Shown piece by piece: positions 35,929 to 49,391 of a stretch of 64,000 nucleotides of DNA. The notes beneath the pieces were generated by a model. That model was not told where the DNA came from, searched no databases, and was given only the letters and a program-made list of their open reading frames with translations. This DNA comes from Lama guanicoe (lineage: Eukaryota): positions 18,592,711 through 18,656,710 of the forward strand of contig MU054187.1 of NCBI GenBank assembly GCA_013239625.1, given 5' to 3'. How positions within the stretch are numbered: position 1 is the stretch's first letter; the number at the start of each line of letters is the position of its first letter. Position numbers and translations under genes: made by a program.

Positions 35929-37405
35929 TTTGAGGGTTTTTTTTTAAGGAATGTATTAACTCAAAAAGCAAAATAAAATTAACTGCCTCCCTTACTTCTT
36001 TTCCCCATTTAATTTTTTATAATGGTAAAATATATAATATAAAATTTGCCATCTTAACCGTTTTTAAGCATACGAGTCAGTGGCATTAATTACATTCACA
36101 ACAGGTTTTTTTTTAGTTGTTTCGTTTGAGCTTTTGTCATTTATTGTTAACCAATGAATGTTATCCAAAATTACAGATGGAACTGTAACTTGACTGTACA
36201 ACAAAAATTACACTAATAATAAAAGCCTGTTGGAATTTAACAAAGACTCATTAATATATTTTTACACTGCTATATGCACATGTGTTCCCCACCGCTAATA
36301 ATTAAAGTTATAATTGGTTTAATGAAAACCCATATGGCAAACAGTTGCTCCTGTTCAGAAAAAAATCACACAGCTTTAAAAATGGATTGAATCCATTTTA
36401 ATCCTAATCCACAAATAGATTATAGACAGCAAACTACCTTCACCATCTCTTTCCAAATCATGCTTTCCTTTTTTATGTCGTTGTACATGTTATTTTCTCT
36501 TCCTGAAACCGTCTCCTTGTTTCCAAGTCCTATTTATTTTAATAAATCAGCATGAAAAGTCTCCTGTTCTTGGAGGAATTCTCTGGACTTGGTGACCTGG
36601 GCCCACCCTGGGCATAACACCCTCTGTACAATGCCTTCGGTGCTTAGAACACAGCCCACTAGGCTGCGCAACATTTGACCTTAGTGTTGTGCTCCAGTCC
36701 CATGGGTTTAACCCAACAGTCTCTGGTGCACAGGGTCTGGCACAAAACTGTTGCTCAGCAGCGCTCTCTGAACAAAAGCCCTGCAGGACGTCACCCTGTG
36801 GAGCTAGAGGGAACGAGGGAACGATAAGAACCCGTCTCCCTTCATTGCCTAACTTGCCTGTCTTTTTATTTTATTTATTTCCATCTCACTTCACTGCTTT
36901 CACCTACAAAGGTTTTTCTATTTTAAAACATACATAAAATGTCACTTTGCTAAAGAAATACAACCCTGTCTCATACATAATCTATCCAAAGACTGTTACC
37001 ATTTGGAGCAGGGCACCTACCTCCATGTGACAGAGAAAGTGTGTACACAGAAAACGCACCGGGGTTGGCTAGGTGGGGCGCAAATAATATTCTAGCAGGA
37101 AGAATGTAACATCGGCCACCCCCAAGAAAATTCAGGTAGGAGGGAAGAAGTTGCCAGAAGAGGCGTCTGAGATATCTGCTATTGGCATCTGAATGTTAAC
37201 ACTGTCTACTCAAGAGAGAATTTCTAAAAGTATAATGAAGCCCTAGGAGCTTCACTGGAAAATAAAACCATATACACTTCTCTTACACAGTCTTCAAAGA
37301 GGTGAAGATGGCTTTAAAACACGACTAGGAACAAGAAACTTCAGTCTCTAGGATCGTTTTCTTTAAGCATATATAAGAAGAAATGTGCATCCCTTTTTTA
37401 ACCTA

Positions 37406-37414
37406 GACACACAG

Positions 37415-37443
<29 letters not shown>
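37406..37443. repeat. (CA)n microsatellite
   Basis: Read directly from the sequence. Confidence 0.93.
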
Positions 37444-37447
<4 letters not shown>

Positions 37448-37669
37448 ACAACATACAGTTCAAAATATCTTCAGTGGTCACATCCACAAAGATCACAAGA
37501 TAAAGATATTTCTTCCCCTTAAATGTCTGTGCTTGGAGCTCCAGCTTTCTATGCCTCATTCTTTGTTTCCGGATGTAACAAAATCCAGAAGAGGGGGAGG
37601 AATATTTGGAGGTCCCCACATCAAAGTAGTTCTCCATAAGGGATCCTAAAAGCAAAGGATCCACTTAAG

Positions 37670-37890
37670 ACAGGGCTTCTCAACCGGACATGATGAACAT
37701 TTTGAGCCAGACAATTCTGGAGGCGGGGGGCAGGGTCTCCCATGCATCGTCGGAGCCGGCATCCCGGGCAGCTGCCCACTCAATGTCTGCACAGCCCTTC
37801 CGCACCCCACGTGGTGACAACCGAAATCATCTTGAAATCTTCTCCAGATGTGGCCAAATGCCCACAGGGGGGCAAAAGCCCCACTGACTT
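37670..37890. mobile_element. MER20-like hAT transposon
   Basis: CAGGGCTTCTCAACC..ACATTTTGAGCCAGACAATTCT..GTGACAACC..TCTCCAGATGTGGCCAAATGCCC. Confidence 0.8.
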
Positions 37891-38975
37891 AGGGCAAGGG
37901 AGCTGCTAATACCTGCTATTTGACACTGATTACCTTTGGAAGAGATTCAGGAGCATGGGCTATGAACACCTGATATTCCTGCAGGCTGTAATTTTCCCAC
38001 ATTTGCTCACGGTACGAATAGTAAAACTTTGGGGGAGAAAAATGAGTCAAGTAATTATCGTTGATGAAGCAAGGAACAAGAAAGCTGAGGAAACCCGAGT
38101 CACTCCATGGGGGTAAAGACCCAGGAACCCGGGAGATAAACAGAGCAGCAACAGGGTCATTAAAGAGGAAAGTCCTCCAGGACGAGGAAGGAGGCAGAAA
38201 GCACCCGCTTGCGAGCCAGATCGGGCGACTGAGCTGCTGGGACTCAACTCTGAAAGCGGGGCTCTGAACAGTGGTCAACTTCCTGCCCAAGAAAAAAGGT
38301 CACCCTCCCCAAACTTCACTTCACAGGAAGACTGGAGGAGGAAGAAAAGATCGCGCAAAGGGAGATCACCTTGGTATTTTCAAATGTTTCTTGTACTCCC
38401 TCCAAATATTCCTAAACTGACTGTTAAATCTCTTTCATCTTAAAAAAAAAAAAAAGAAAGAGAAAAAGAAAGAGAACTCTTCGGTCAATCACTTCAGAGC
38501 CATCCGTCCCCTAAACCCTAATCAAGTGTAAAACAAGTAACCAAGACACTCCATGGAAGAGGGGAAAAGGTCAGCCACAGAGGAATTTGGGGATCCCCAG
38601 AGGGGAAGTCACTCCATCCTTAAATCTTCCCCTGAATAAAAAGGGAAAATTCTACACCTCTTCAATTCTGCTTGGATTTTTACCATACAGTTGCCATTTA
38701 AGATCTTTACGGTCATGAAAAACTTTCAAGAAGTGGCAACTACTTCCCTAAAAGAAGGGAGAATGACACACAGTAGAAATCAAGAAGGGTCATAAAAGAC
38801 GATGAAAAGGACTCCGAGCTAAGGAATTTCAGTTTGATTTTCTTCAGGATTTTTAGAGTTTCAAACATGACAGCATAAAACTAAAATGGCTCCTGTTTCC
38901 TGAAATCACTAGAAATAACCAATGTTTTTTTTATATACCAGGGCTGCATCTTTGTGTATATTAAAAAATTCTTCT

Positions 38976-39064
38976 GGGGGAGGGTACAACTCAGTAGCAG
39001 AGCACATGCTTAGCATGCACGAGGTCCTGAGTTCAATCCCTAGTATGTTCATTAAAAAAAAAAA
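38976..39064 (+). mobile_element. Camelid SINE
   Basis: Same consensus with a poly(A) tail. Confidence 0.88.
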
Positions 39065-42010
39065 TCTTAAGAGGAAGAGTGAGTCTACATAAATAACATT
39101 CGGGAAATTATCCTTGAAGGTGTTCACAGAATGGGAGATAAAATGCAGCCAACATGGGATGTCCAGGTCTAAGCAGCACATAAAGAATTAACTAACTACC
39201 CTGTGGTAAGACCCTTGACCAAAGGAAAGGTTATGCCTTGAATGATTAACCTGTTCTATGATACCTGTTACCAGACAGGTGGAGATTGTGTGATCAACAA
39301 ACTAACCAAAAAAAAAAACCCCACTGGCTTGAGAATTGAGGGGTGAGTGTGAGTCCCATTTTACACTAAGGAAGCTTTGTGATTTGGGGACCTCACAACA
39401 CTTCTCGTGGCCTCAGTGTTCACAGCTGTAAAATGAACTGCAGTGTGATTTAGTCTTTGCCAGTTTCATTTCATTCATTCATTCAACCAACGAGTATTTG
39501 TAGAGCCATAGCTGTCAGGCACTATTCCAGGTTCTGGGGAAAAGCGGTGAACAAAGACTGACATCCCTCATGGAGCGTGTAATCTAGATTCTGAAATCAA
39601 TGTTTTTCAAACTGTGGGCTGTGAAATCCACTCAGCAGTACCGAACAAGCATTTTTAAAAGAAGAAATGGAATAATATAAAATATCAGAGAACATCACGC
39701 CACAGTGAGGATAAGTTCTCTTTCACCGAATTCTGCTTCAGCCACTGATATTTGTGTTTATGAAGGGTCTGGATCACGAAGTATAAGACATTTCTGAACA
39801 TGGGCTGGTTGGACCAAGAGAGTTTAAAAGTCCCTGATAAAGACCTCTTTTTGTTCCAGCCACTGGCCCGTATCCTGTCCTTCACTCAGACTGCTTCTGA
39901 GGAACATTCTGCCCACAGATTAAATCTCATTACTTTCTCATTTTCCCCATGATGGCATTCTGAATAAATATCAAAGAAAATGCTTTTCAGATCAGTATTC
40001 CCAGCCTTTCTGATTCTTTTTAACATCAGTCCTCTTTGTGCACAGCTTGTCTGCTGATCAGGAGAATGTATCGTGGTCAATAGCCACGTGAGCTTCTACA
40101 TGGACTTGTAATGGACGTATCCATCCTAAGAGGGCCTATCTAGAAATACAAAGGCCACAAACACACAGAAGACTGTATTTATTCCACCTACACCTCATGC
40201 TTGATGTTCAAACAGATTCACAGGCTTCTTGTGCTAGTTATGACTGTTCTCAATCTCCACTTTTATTTGTTTATTTTAGCCTCTCCGTGTTCTTACTAGA
40301 TGACTACTTACAGTGATTTCTGTTCGTTTCACTGCTCTCCCCCCCCTTTTTTTTTTTAAATCAAAGCAAACATACATTCTAGCATTAGTGGGTACATGAG
40401 TTTGTGTTCCGTTTTCATTGTTCACTTGCTTTTTCATCATTTTGTGTCTAATCCCACGCGCCCAGACTCCTACAGATTGCTACCAGGAATCGGGGAAGTA
40501 CGTGTTCGAAATTTTCCTAGAAACCAGCTCAGCCACACCGTTTTTGTTTTCACAGAAAACACCCAAAGGCAGCACAGCAATTTACAGCACCAGGGAAAAG
40601 TGAAAGGCGGGGGAACAGAGACGCTGGAGAGTGAGGGAGGGAGAACTAAAACGGGCAGCGGAATCCCTGGGAATCTGGAACCCCCGCAGGCTGATCACCT
40701 AGCTCTCCCCGAGGCCAGGTAAATACGATCCCAGCTTTCAACGGCCCCTCGTCACTCCACTTTGCTCTGTCCTTGAGCTCTAATGCCCTATGTGTTGCTC
40801 TCAAAGCACTTCTTACACGTAGGACCCAGGAATTCGGGTGGATGATGTCATCCTTTTGGGGGCAGGCAGAACGGAGGAACCACTTTCCTGCAGAGTGCCA
40901 CGGAGGGCCACAGGGCCAGGGGAAGGACAGCAGAGGACAGAGCTTCCTGGTGACCCGCCTTCCCCAGCAGATGTCTAGCTGTTGCTTACCAGTCCCCAAC
41001 TTCTGGCGACCAGCTCTACCCTGTTACTGTGAACATTTTTCCCTTCTTGGAAATCCAAACTAGACCCCAAACGTGGCCACAGATTGCAACCAGTGGTTAG
41101 AGGAACACTGCTTTAAAATGCTCCCTGAAATACTTATAACTGGGTTCCAGGCTGTAGCCTTTACCGTTTTCTTTCCCCCTCAATTACCCACTTTTTAAGC
41201 TTAAGAAGAGCAAAATGTGACCTATTCTTCACTAACAAGGAAAACGTTAACTTCGAGGAAAATCTGCTTCCTCCCCTGGTTAAGTCACAGAGTCCATTTC
41301 ACCATCTCCAAGCGTCAGCCGCACAACGAGGGGCTTGGCCTGGACGTGGCTCAGGCTGCCTCCAGCTTCGTGCTGCCTGGGCTGATAAACTGAGAACTTC
41401 CCTGGCGGTGGCTCCTGGCCTTCAGAACAGTCTCATACTAGCACGTATGAGGGGATGAGTGCGTCCAAAGGCGGAGCAACTTTGAGTTTTTCTCTTAAAA
41501 AAAAAAACAAACCTCTCCCCTAGGTAACCTTTTCAACATGACACTCACAGTATTCCAGAACAAAATCCGGGACCTCCATTAGCAGAAGGTACTTGAATTT
41601 AGTTAGTGCTACAGATGCTTAAGCCTTATTTTAGCAAAGACAAAATCTGGGGAGGGGGAGGACCTTCATTAATTACACACATGACCAGATGCAAAGGCCT
41701 TTAGATTCTCCCATTTTGTTATTTATCAGCTCAGTGAACTCAAGGTGATCAGAAGACCTCTAACACCCATACAAAAAGGTATCTAAGTTTATATACATAT
41801 ATACATATATTCTAAATATATATATATTCTAAATGTTTAATGAGCCATCTAGCTCTCTGCTTAGAATCCATAACAGCTTTATTAACTAGATGCAAGACTG
41901 CAACACCCTGATACCTCTTTACACTACTAACTTTAAAGCCAGGCAAATCCCAAGTTGTGGCCAGGTTTCATTAAAGCAAACTTAACTTTAGAAAGCTAGT
42001 AGTTAGTTAC

Positions 42011-42134
42011 CAAATTTCTGAAGAGCAGGTGATCCTGGTGGAGATGCATTTCCACTAGGAGACAGGTAGAGATAGTTTTTGTTCACTCCTGCATTAAAGT
42101 CAAACGGGGACTGGTAGTCCTCGTAAAACTCCAT
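42011..42134 (-). CDS. TPD52: TPD52 alternative first coding exon (PrLZ/PC-1-type isoform)
   Basis: MEFYEDYQSPFDFNAGVNKNYLYLSPSGNASPPGSPALQKF(G), matching the recalled PrLZ N-terminus (MDCREMDLYEDYQSPFDFNAGVNK..). Donor gtaact. Phase 1 fits exon 2. Confidence 0.93.
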
Positions 42135-43150
42135 CTCTCTACAGGCTATTCCAGACGGATGCAGAACGCATGGTGTTTCTTACAAGCGCCTGATACTCCT
42201 CAGTTGCGCGCTGCTCTGCCTGTACTCCCTTGGAGGGCTGCCCCGTGCAACCTCGTGGAAGGAATCAAGCCCAGGGTTCGGAGAGCCTGGCTTCCTGGCC
42301 CAGGTGCCGCCGTCACACCCTCCGGACAAGCAAGCTGTTTAATAAATGATTTATCCCCAGCAACCCGAGGAAAGGCTCTGTTCACCACCTGCTGTTCATT
42401 TGGGCCAACAACGGACAACCTGGGCAGGGAGCCGCGCTTGCTTCGGTAAACAAAGGCGGGCCCGGTGCCGCAACATCGCCCGGATGTACAAACAGTTCAG
42501 GCAAACGCCGGACACTGGCAGATTTACAAGAAACTACAATTTATTAAATTTTTATACCGCTCAGCTGACCACAGCTACACCAGGGCAGACTTAATCTTCT
42601 AGGACAAGGAAGGATTACCAGCCAGTAATCTCCCGTAGAGGCCATCTGGGGGATGCTTTTTTCCACCCTGGATTACAGTGGTGCCCTGCGAGCCAAGCTT
42701 CCCGGGCGAGCGATCAGCTTTCTGCGTGACTTGGTGGAGAAATAAAGCTCTGTTTCCATTATGACTTTATCTAAAGCAGCATCTGGCTTCAGCGTAACAA
42801 AAAAACGGCAGTATGACTTTCCTTTCCTTTCCTTCCCTTTCCTGGAAAGAGGGTGTTTCAGCCACACGCACTGAGAAGAGAAGAAACCTCTGCAGGTGAA
42901 GCGCCAGGTCCTCCCGCCCCTTCCGTGATCACTACGGCAGGTGCGGGTGCGCCCATGCCCGTGTGCAAACACACGGGAAACCCCGCTTCCCTTTGTGCAG
43001 CCTGCCTTGCGCAGTGACCGCCCTGGTCGGCTGGCAAAAGAACTCCTAAGTCACCAGATGCGTTTCCTTGGACCCCAGTCTCTCCGCAGACCCTTTCTGC
43101 TCTAACCTTGACCTTTGGGTTAGCTGGCAGCTCCTGAGAGTCAGGAGGCA
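42135..43150 (-). promoter_or_regulatory. TPD52: 5' UTR and internal promoter of the PrLZ-type TPD52 isoform
   Basis: Local CpG enrichment. TATAAAA on the minus strand at 42556-42550, forkhead GTAAACA at 42446-42452, ARE/GRE-like TGTACAaacAGTTCA at 42485-42499, GC box near 42912-42920. Confidence 0.65.
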
Positions 43151-43335
43151 AAAATAAAAGCGACCCCTCCCTTAGGTGGGTGATGGTCTGTTTCTACATA
43201 ACAAGCAAACAAAAGAAGGGCCAAATTCTACCTTTTGAAATATACATGACAAAAAGGGATCTCAGCATACTCTCCTTGGATTAGAAGCAAATATGAAACC
43301 TAAAATGTCAAGCATTAAGAAAACAATCTGAGATG

Positions 43336-43487
43336 AACAACAAGGACCTCCTGTATAGCACAGGGAACTGTATCAATTTCTTGCAATAAGCTATAATGGC
43401 AATGAATCTGAAAAGAAAAAATACTTATGTATGTATATGTATGACTGAATTGCTCTGCTGTACATCAACTACACTTCAATAAAAAAA
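43336..43487 (+). mobile_element. Cetartiodactyl-type L1 3' end
   Basis: AACAAGGACCTCCTGTATAGCACAGGGAAC..CAACTACACTTCAATAAAAAAA. Confidence 0.85.
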
Positions 43488-43923
43488 TCTGTGTCTAGTG
43501 TATAAAATATACACGCACCAAGACAGTCTATATTCATCTTATGATTCATCTTTTATTTTTTATATTATTGTCATATACTCTATTTTTGGCAAGTCTTTAT
43601 CCTTAAGTCTTAAGTTTATTTTTAACAACAACAAAAAATCAATCTGTATTTTTCTCCTAAAAGATACCAAAATTTGGACAACTATAAGTGTTATTCATTC
43701 TATATCTAGAAATAGGATAAACGGGTTTTTTAATTATTATTTAAAAGAATGAGTTTTCTGGTTTCTTGAAATCCATGGTATCCCTTACTGAGACAGGCAT
43801 CAAAAACACGTTCTTGGACTAGAATGTGCTTAATGGGAGTCCCTGGCCCTCGCAATATGCTACATTTGGTCACAAAATCACTAGTAGAAAAAACTTCCTC
43901 CTAAAGCCACAGGTATTAGAACG

Positions 43924-44277
43924 TGTTATGGGCTTAAGGTCTGTGTCCCTTTAAATTTCACATGCTGAATCCCTACCCCTCAGTGTGGTGGTATTAGGGG
44001 GTGATTCGGTTTAGATGAGGGCATGAGGGTAAAGCCCACAACGGGATTAGTGCCCTCTTTGTAGGAAGAGGGGGAGAGCGAGCTGGAGCTCTCTCTCCAC
44101 CACATGGGGACACAAGATGACAGCCATCTGCCGACCAGGAAAAGGACTCTCACCAGGATCAAATCAACCAACAACGTTATCTTGAACTTCCCAGCATCAG
44201 AACTGTGAGAAATAAATGTCTGCTATTATAAGCCTCTCACTTTATGGTAACTTACTAGAGCAGCCCGAACTGAGACA
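43924..44277 (+). mobile_element. MLT1A-like solo LTR
   Basis: TGTTATGGGCT..GGGATTAGTGCCCT..AGAACTGTGAGAAATAAATGT..GCAGCCCGAACTGAGACA. Confidence 0.85.
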
Positions 44278-45419
44278 AAAGATACTAACATCGACACAAG
44301 TAACAATACAAGTCACAACCACCTGCATGCTCCTCAGAGTCCTCAAAATCCCCATGTCCTTGACCTTTGGTGCTGACACCCTCTGGCCGAAGTGCCACCT
44401 TTTTTCTGCTTGCTAAACTCATTCATCTTTTAAGACTCAGGCCGAAATGCCACCCCTTCTCAGAAGCCCTCCTTCCTCCCAGCTGTCCCTTCAGCATCAG
44501 CACAGATATGACGTGCCCATCTGCCAGTCCCTCTGTGCCTCTAGGGACTCCCCTCCAGGGCAGGAGCTGCATTCTGTACTGCGGCGCCTACCCTGGGCTT
44601 CCGGCTCCAATCCACATGGAATGAAGAAAGCAAGTAATGGCTCATGCAGGTATTATATGCCTTATGTATACACATGACGATTCAGAATTTCCGTGACCTC
44701 TGAAATGTCTGCTCTTCCTGCTCAGGTACAATCTTAGGACTGCTATGTAAAATCCATTTCTTTGAACCAGCTGTCATTCTCCAGTCAGACCAGGCAAGAC
44801 ATTCTAGCATGTGAGAAAAGTAAGAACAGAGAACCAGCAATGGGGAAAGCATGGAATATGTTAATCGAATGGCAAAAAATTCAGTTGACCGAAGATTCTT
44901 GTATTAAGTAGAAGGAAGCTGTAAGATAAACAAAATGGAAATGTAGCTCGGTGACAGACCATGAAAGATCCTGAGTGACAAACTTGTATACTTAATACAA
45001 TGTGCAAAAAACCCCACAGAAAGTGTCTGAGCCAGGGAGAGACAGGATAAAAAGTCTTAGAAAGACAACTCTGGAAATGGTGTACACGATGCACCATAGG
45101 TACCTCTTTTAGCCTCTTTTTACCACTGCGGAAGGCCACAAGCACAAGGTTCAAGCACAAGGAATCATTTCCACATATTCCTGCTCCATAAGGAAACACT
45201 ACCAAGAGCTGTTCATCCAGCTTGCACAATATGCCTTTCTCATCCTTTCCCTCTTTTCGTTCATCACTGACCACACCAACTTCGGACCTACCTGAAGTGT
45301 TCTGGTAGAGACCAGCCCAACCATAGTGGCAGACATCCCCTGCTTGTCTGTTTAGCACCCTCTTTTCCTTGAGGAATCCCACCTCACCTGCTCCATGGGG
45401 ATCCTGGGGGGAGTCCACC

Positions 45420-45840
45420 ATACTTCCTGCCTATGCCCTGGACACAGGCGTGCGCTGGTGCTTATCTGGCCCAGGCAGCCACCGCATCCCCTTGCACAGA
45501 CGGACTGGTCTAAGGGTAGACATCTAACCCCAAAAGCACCAACTACAGGTCTTCCCTGATGTTTACTCAGTGAGTAATGGGAGAAAGTGACACCTCCTAT
45601 AACCTGAACTGCGGGATGTCCACTTAGAGGGGCTTTTTCTTTCCCCAGCCAGCAGGCAGGAGAACCAGTGCGGAAGCACTGGAGGGAGAACTGGAGACAG
45701 CAAAGGGGTGAAGCAACAGCCTCTGAGCCCCTAGATCTGGCCACCCTGGGGTTCCCACTTATTAAACAAATCAGTTTCTATTCTGCTTCACTTACAGTTG
45801 GAATTGGAGTCTATCATTTCAATAGAAAGAGCCCTACAGT
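45420..45840. mobile_element. Ancient ERVL LTR remnant (LTR16-like)
   Basis: GACTGGTCTAAGGGTAGACATCTAACC and GAGCCCCTAGATCTGGCC motifs. Weak recognition. Confidence 0.4.
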
Positions 45841-46389
45841 ACATACTTCCCAACCATTTCACACTATTACCCCACCAGGTTTCAGCCAAACTTGATTTTC
45901 CTATTTCTTGAATACATCCTAAACTTGGCCAAGGCAATTTTCTCAAATTAGAATCTCTTTGCCCCATATTTTTACCTATCAAATTCCTATCTACTTATTA
46001 GTCACATATGAATGGTATATCTACAAGGAATGTTTATTTTAGTGCTACATGAAATGGAAAAAATCAAATATACAAATGCCTAGCAAAAGTGGATTATTTA
46101 AATGCTAAATAGAACATTCATGTAACAGAAAATTATGCAAACATTAACGTCATGATGTAGAAATGTACGTATTTTACATGGAAAGATATTCTTGATACAG
46201 TGAATAAACAAAGCAGGTTCCAAAACTGTTTGTACTACACAATCTGTAACTGTGCAACCATTGGAGAGACCAACCCACCAAAAGAGAAAGCTGGCAGGAG
46301 AAATCCCAGAAAGGTGCGTATGCACCGCAGTGCCAGCAGAGGGCACCCATGGGCAGCTCAAAAGTTAACAGCCAGCCAGTAAAGTGCAC

Positions 46390-47325
46390 ACTCAGAGCAA
46401 TAACCCACGGGATGACTCAAGTTATTGCAGATGGAAATGGAGTAAGTGCAAATGACTGTAAAGAGTATGAAGTTTCTACCTGCCTATTAACACAGCGCTC
46501 AAATATGCCTGGGTAGGGTCTCCCTAATTTTGAAAGACTGAGAGATGATCTAACGTAAAAGCTACTTAACATACACAAAAATTTATTTGTAGCGCCTCCT
46601 CAGATTAATTAGGTATTGGAATGGAAAAGTGCAGTCACCACACAGAGGAGAAACTGAACAACGCCTTTATTGGATGATCAGCATCGCCATCACCCAGGAG
46701 ACAGGTAGACGCGAGTCTTTGAATGTGACACCCAGAACACTGCAAGGTATTCAGATGAAGAACGCAGACCCTGAATCATCATATAGAAACATCAGACAAG
46801 CCCCCAAATAAGAAAGGTTCTTTTTTTGTTTAAGAGGAGGAGGCTGCATTCCTCCAAAATGTCGATGCCACGAAGGTTGTGAAAAGGATCCCTATTCAAG
46901 GAATCTATAAAGACATGACAACCAGAAGTCATACCTGATCCTAGATCGGGTTCTGAACCAAAAAGAAAAAAGAAATTCTATAAAAGGATATGACTGGGTC
47001 AATTCTCAAAAACCGGAATACAATGGCACATTAGATTAAAGTGTTGTATCAATACTGAATTTGGTGAAGTTGAAACCGTATTGTGGTTGTGGATGAGAAC
47101 AACCCTCTCCTTAGGAAATACGAACGGCAGGTTTTGGGGACAAAGGGCTGTGATGCAGGCAACTTCCCCTCCAGCAGTCCCGAAAATACAACACTACGCG
47201 TGTGAGAACGATGAAGCAGAGGGCTACAACGTGAGCGGTGGGTGAGTGATCTCGCAGGGTATTCACCTGTTGTTATGCTATTTATTCTTGAAGTCTTTCT
47301 GTCAATTTGGAAAGGTTTTTTTAAA
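46390..47325 (+). mobile_element. Old L1MC-like 3' UTR
   Basis: GAAACATCAGACAAGCCC, CCTAGATCGGGTTCTGAACC, CTTAGGAAATA motifs. Confidence 0.65.
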
Positions 47326-48459
47326 AACCGACGGAGAACTCCACTTTTTGGGGTTAAGCAGAAAGGTGCAGGGCCTCTCTCACAGCCGTAACAGGGTGAA
47401 GTGGCACCAAGGGACCGAGTTCCTGTCACAGATCAGACACACAGGCCCATTCTGGTTCCTGGCCACTTCTGAGACCTGGAAGGACTCTCTGCACCTGCCA
47501 CTGGAGAAGTAACAAACTGACCCTCCGCGGCAAAAGGAGACTCACCGTCCCACCCTTTGCTGCTCACATCCTCACTGAGGAAGGCCAGGAGGACCCTGTT
47601 CCATGGTCAGGCCGAGACAGCACGGAGGCTGTGGGGTTACTACCACCACCATCATTTCCCCGCCAGCTTCACAGAAGTACACCTTGACTCAAAAACAAAA
47701 TAAACAAGTACCATGAACCAAGAACACAATAATGTACTTAGTTTTAAATATGAAACCCCATTAAAAATCACAAGGGTAGAAGTTCCACTATTTACATAAT
47801 ATCTCAATTAATCTTCAAGTGCTATGATTGTCCCCATTTTTCAGATGGAAACAAAGTAGAGATGGTGTCTGTAAACCTCCACACCCACATGAAGCCAGCA
47901 GGTAAAGGAGTTGGATTTTGAAACCAGGTGCTGTCTCCAAGGCCGGCGTCCATTGTGAAGCAGGAGAAAGCTGGACTGTAGTTAAGAACCAGGTGAGAAG
48001 CCAGGATGTCACATGCAAATCATCTGAGGATCTAACCACATGCAGGGGCTGCATCACCCACAAGACCCAGGTGAGGGGAGGCTGCAGGCGGGGGACCACC
48101 CGGAGTAACAAAGTGATGGAGGACCTGGAACGGCCAGCTAAGGAGAGTGACCAGGACTTTGATAACAACAAAACAACAGTTACTTGTTAGCATTTATTTC
48201 ATCCTTAGCTCTAAGCAACATGGGGTTAGCACATTATCTCCAGCTTCCAGAAGAGCAAATGTAAGGAACTGAGCCCTGAAGGACAGAGCCCAGAAGTCTC
48301 ATAGCAGGAGTCCTCACATGGCATCTGAGCCGGGGGTGCTGTGTCAAGTAGACTAGAAATGGGACAGAGAGGGTCAGAGCTGTGCTTTCAAAAGATCATT
48401 CTGAACACGGATTACAAGGGGGAGGGAGGAAATCAGTGAAGCCACCAGCAGCACCCAGG

Positions 48460-48831
48460 GTGCTGTGCACTGAACTGTGTCCCCCACAAAACTCCCTAAT
48501 CCCCAGTGGGGCTGTATTTTGGATACAGGGCTTTAAGGAGGTAATTCAGGTTAAATAAGGTTGTAGGGCGGGGCCCAAATCCAATAGGAATTGGTATCCT
48601 TTTAAGAAAGGACAAGGCACCAGGGAAGCACGTGCACAGAGGAAAGGCTCTGGGAGGACACAAGGAGAAGGAGGCGTCGGCAAGCCCAGGAGGGAGTCTT
48701 CACCAGAAACCAACCCTGCCCGCACCTTGATCTTGGACTTCCAGCCTCTAGGACTGTGAGAAAATAACCTTTTGTTGCTTCAGCCACCCAGTCTGCAATA
48801 TTCTGTTATGGCAGCCGGAACAAACTAATAC
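48460..48831 (+). mobile_element. MLT1B-like solo LTR
   Basis: TGAACTGTGTCCCCCAC..CTTTAAGGAGGTAATT..CACCTTGATCTTGGACTTCCAGCCTC..GGCAGCCGGAACAAACTAATACA. Confidence 0.85.
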
Positions 48832-49391
48832 AGAGAGTGTGTTCCAGGGAACAACAGTGAGAAGAGAAAAGCAAAGGCACATTGCCAAATGCCACGGCGG
48901 GCCATCCACAGGCCCTGGAGCCCAAGTGGATGACTAGGGTGTGGGGGGAAAAAAGACCAAGTTTTAACTGCGATTCCCCAGCAGGAGCTGGGAAAATCCA
49001 TGATGGCATTCATTAAGATGGAAGGAGGGAGTGGGGAGACTTTAAATGACCAGAGAATGGATTTCACAGGGGCAGGTTTGGTTTATATGCTCAGAAAATT
49101 TCTGAATGTAAACAGTCAGCCAGTGGTTAGAAATTAAACTCTGGGGCTTAGAAAAAGGTTAGGACCAAAGATACCAGTGAGGGAAACCCCAAGGCTGTCA
49201 AGGGAAAGCCCAAAGAGAAGAGAGGTCCTATGGAAGAAAGAAAGAAAGAAAGAAGGCAGTGAACACCTGCAATTAGGAAGCAGGCCAAAGAGCCTGCAAA
49301 GGGCAAGAAGTGATAATGGTGCTGGTGGTGCCAGCGATGATGGCGGTGATGGTGGTGAAGATGATGACGATGACGAGTCACCCCTAAGGAA

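Noticed and set aside
44861..45421. Longest ORF in the track (186 aa, minus strand)
   Set aside because: It starts at a non-ATG codon, has no recognisable domain, and sits in an intron beside LTR-like remnants. Probably a chance ORF; a BLASTP or PhyloCSF hit would change this.
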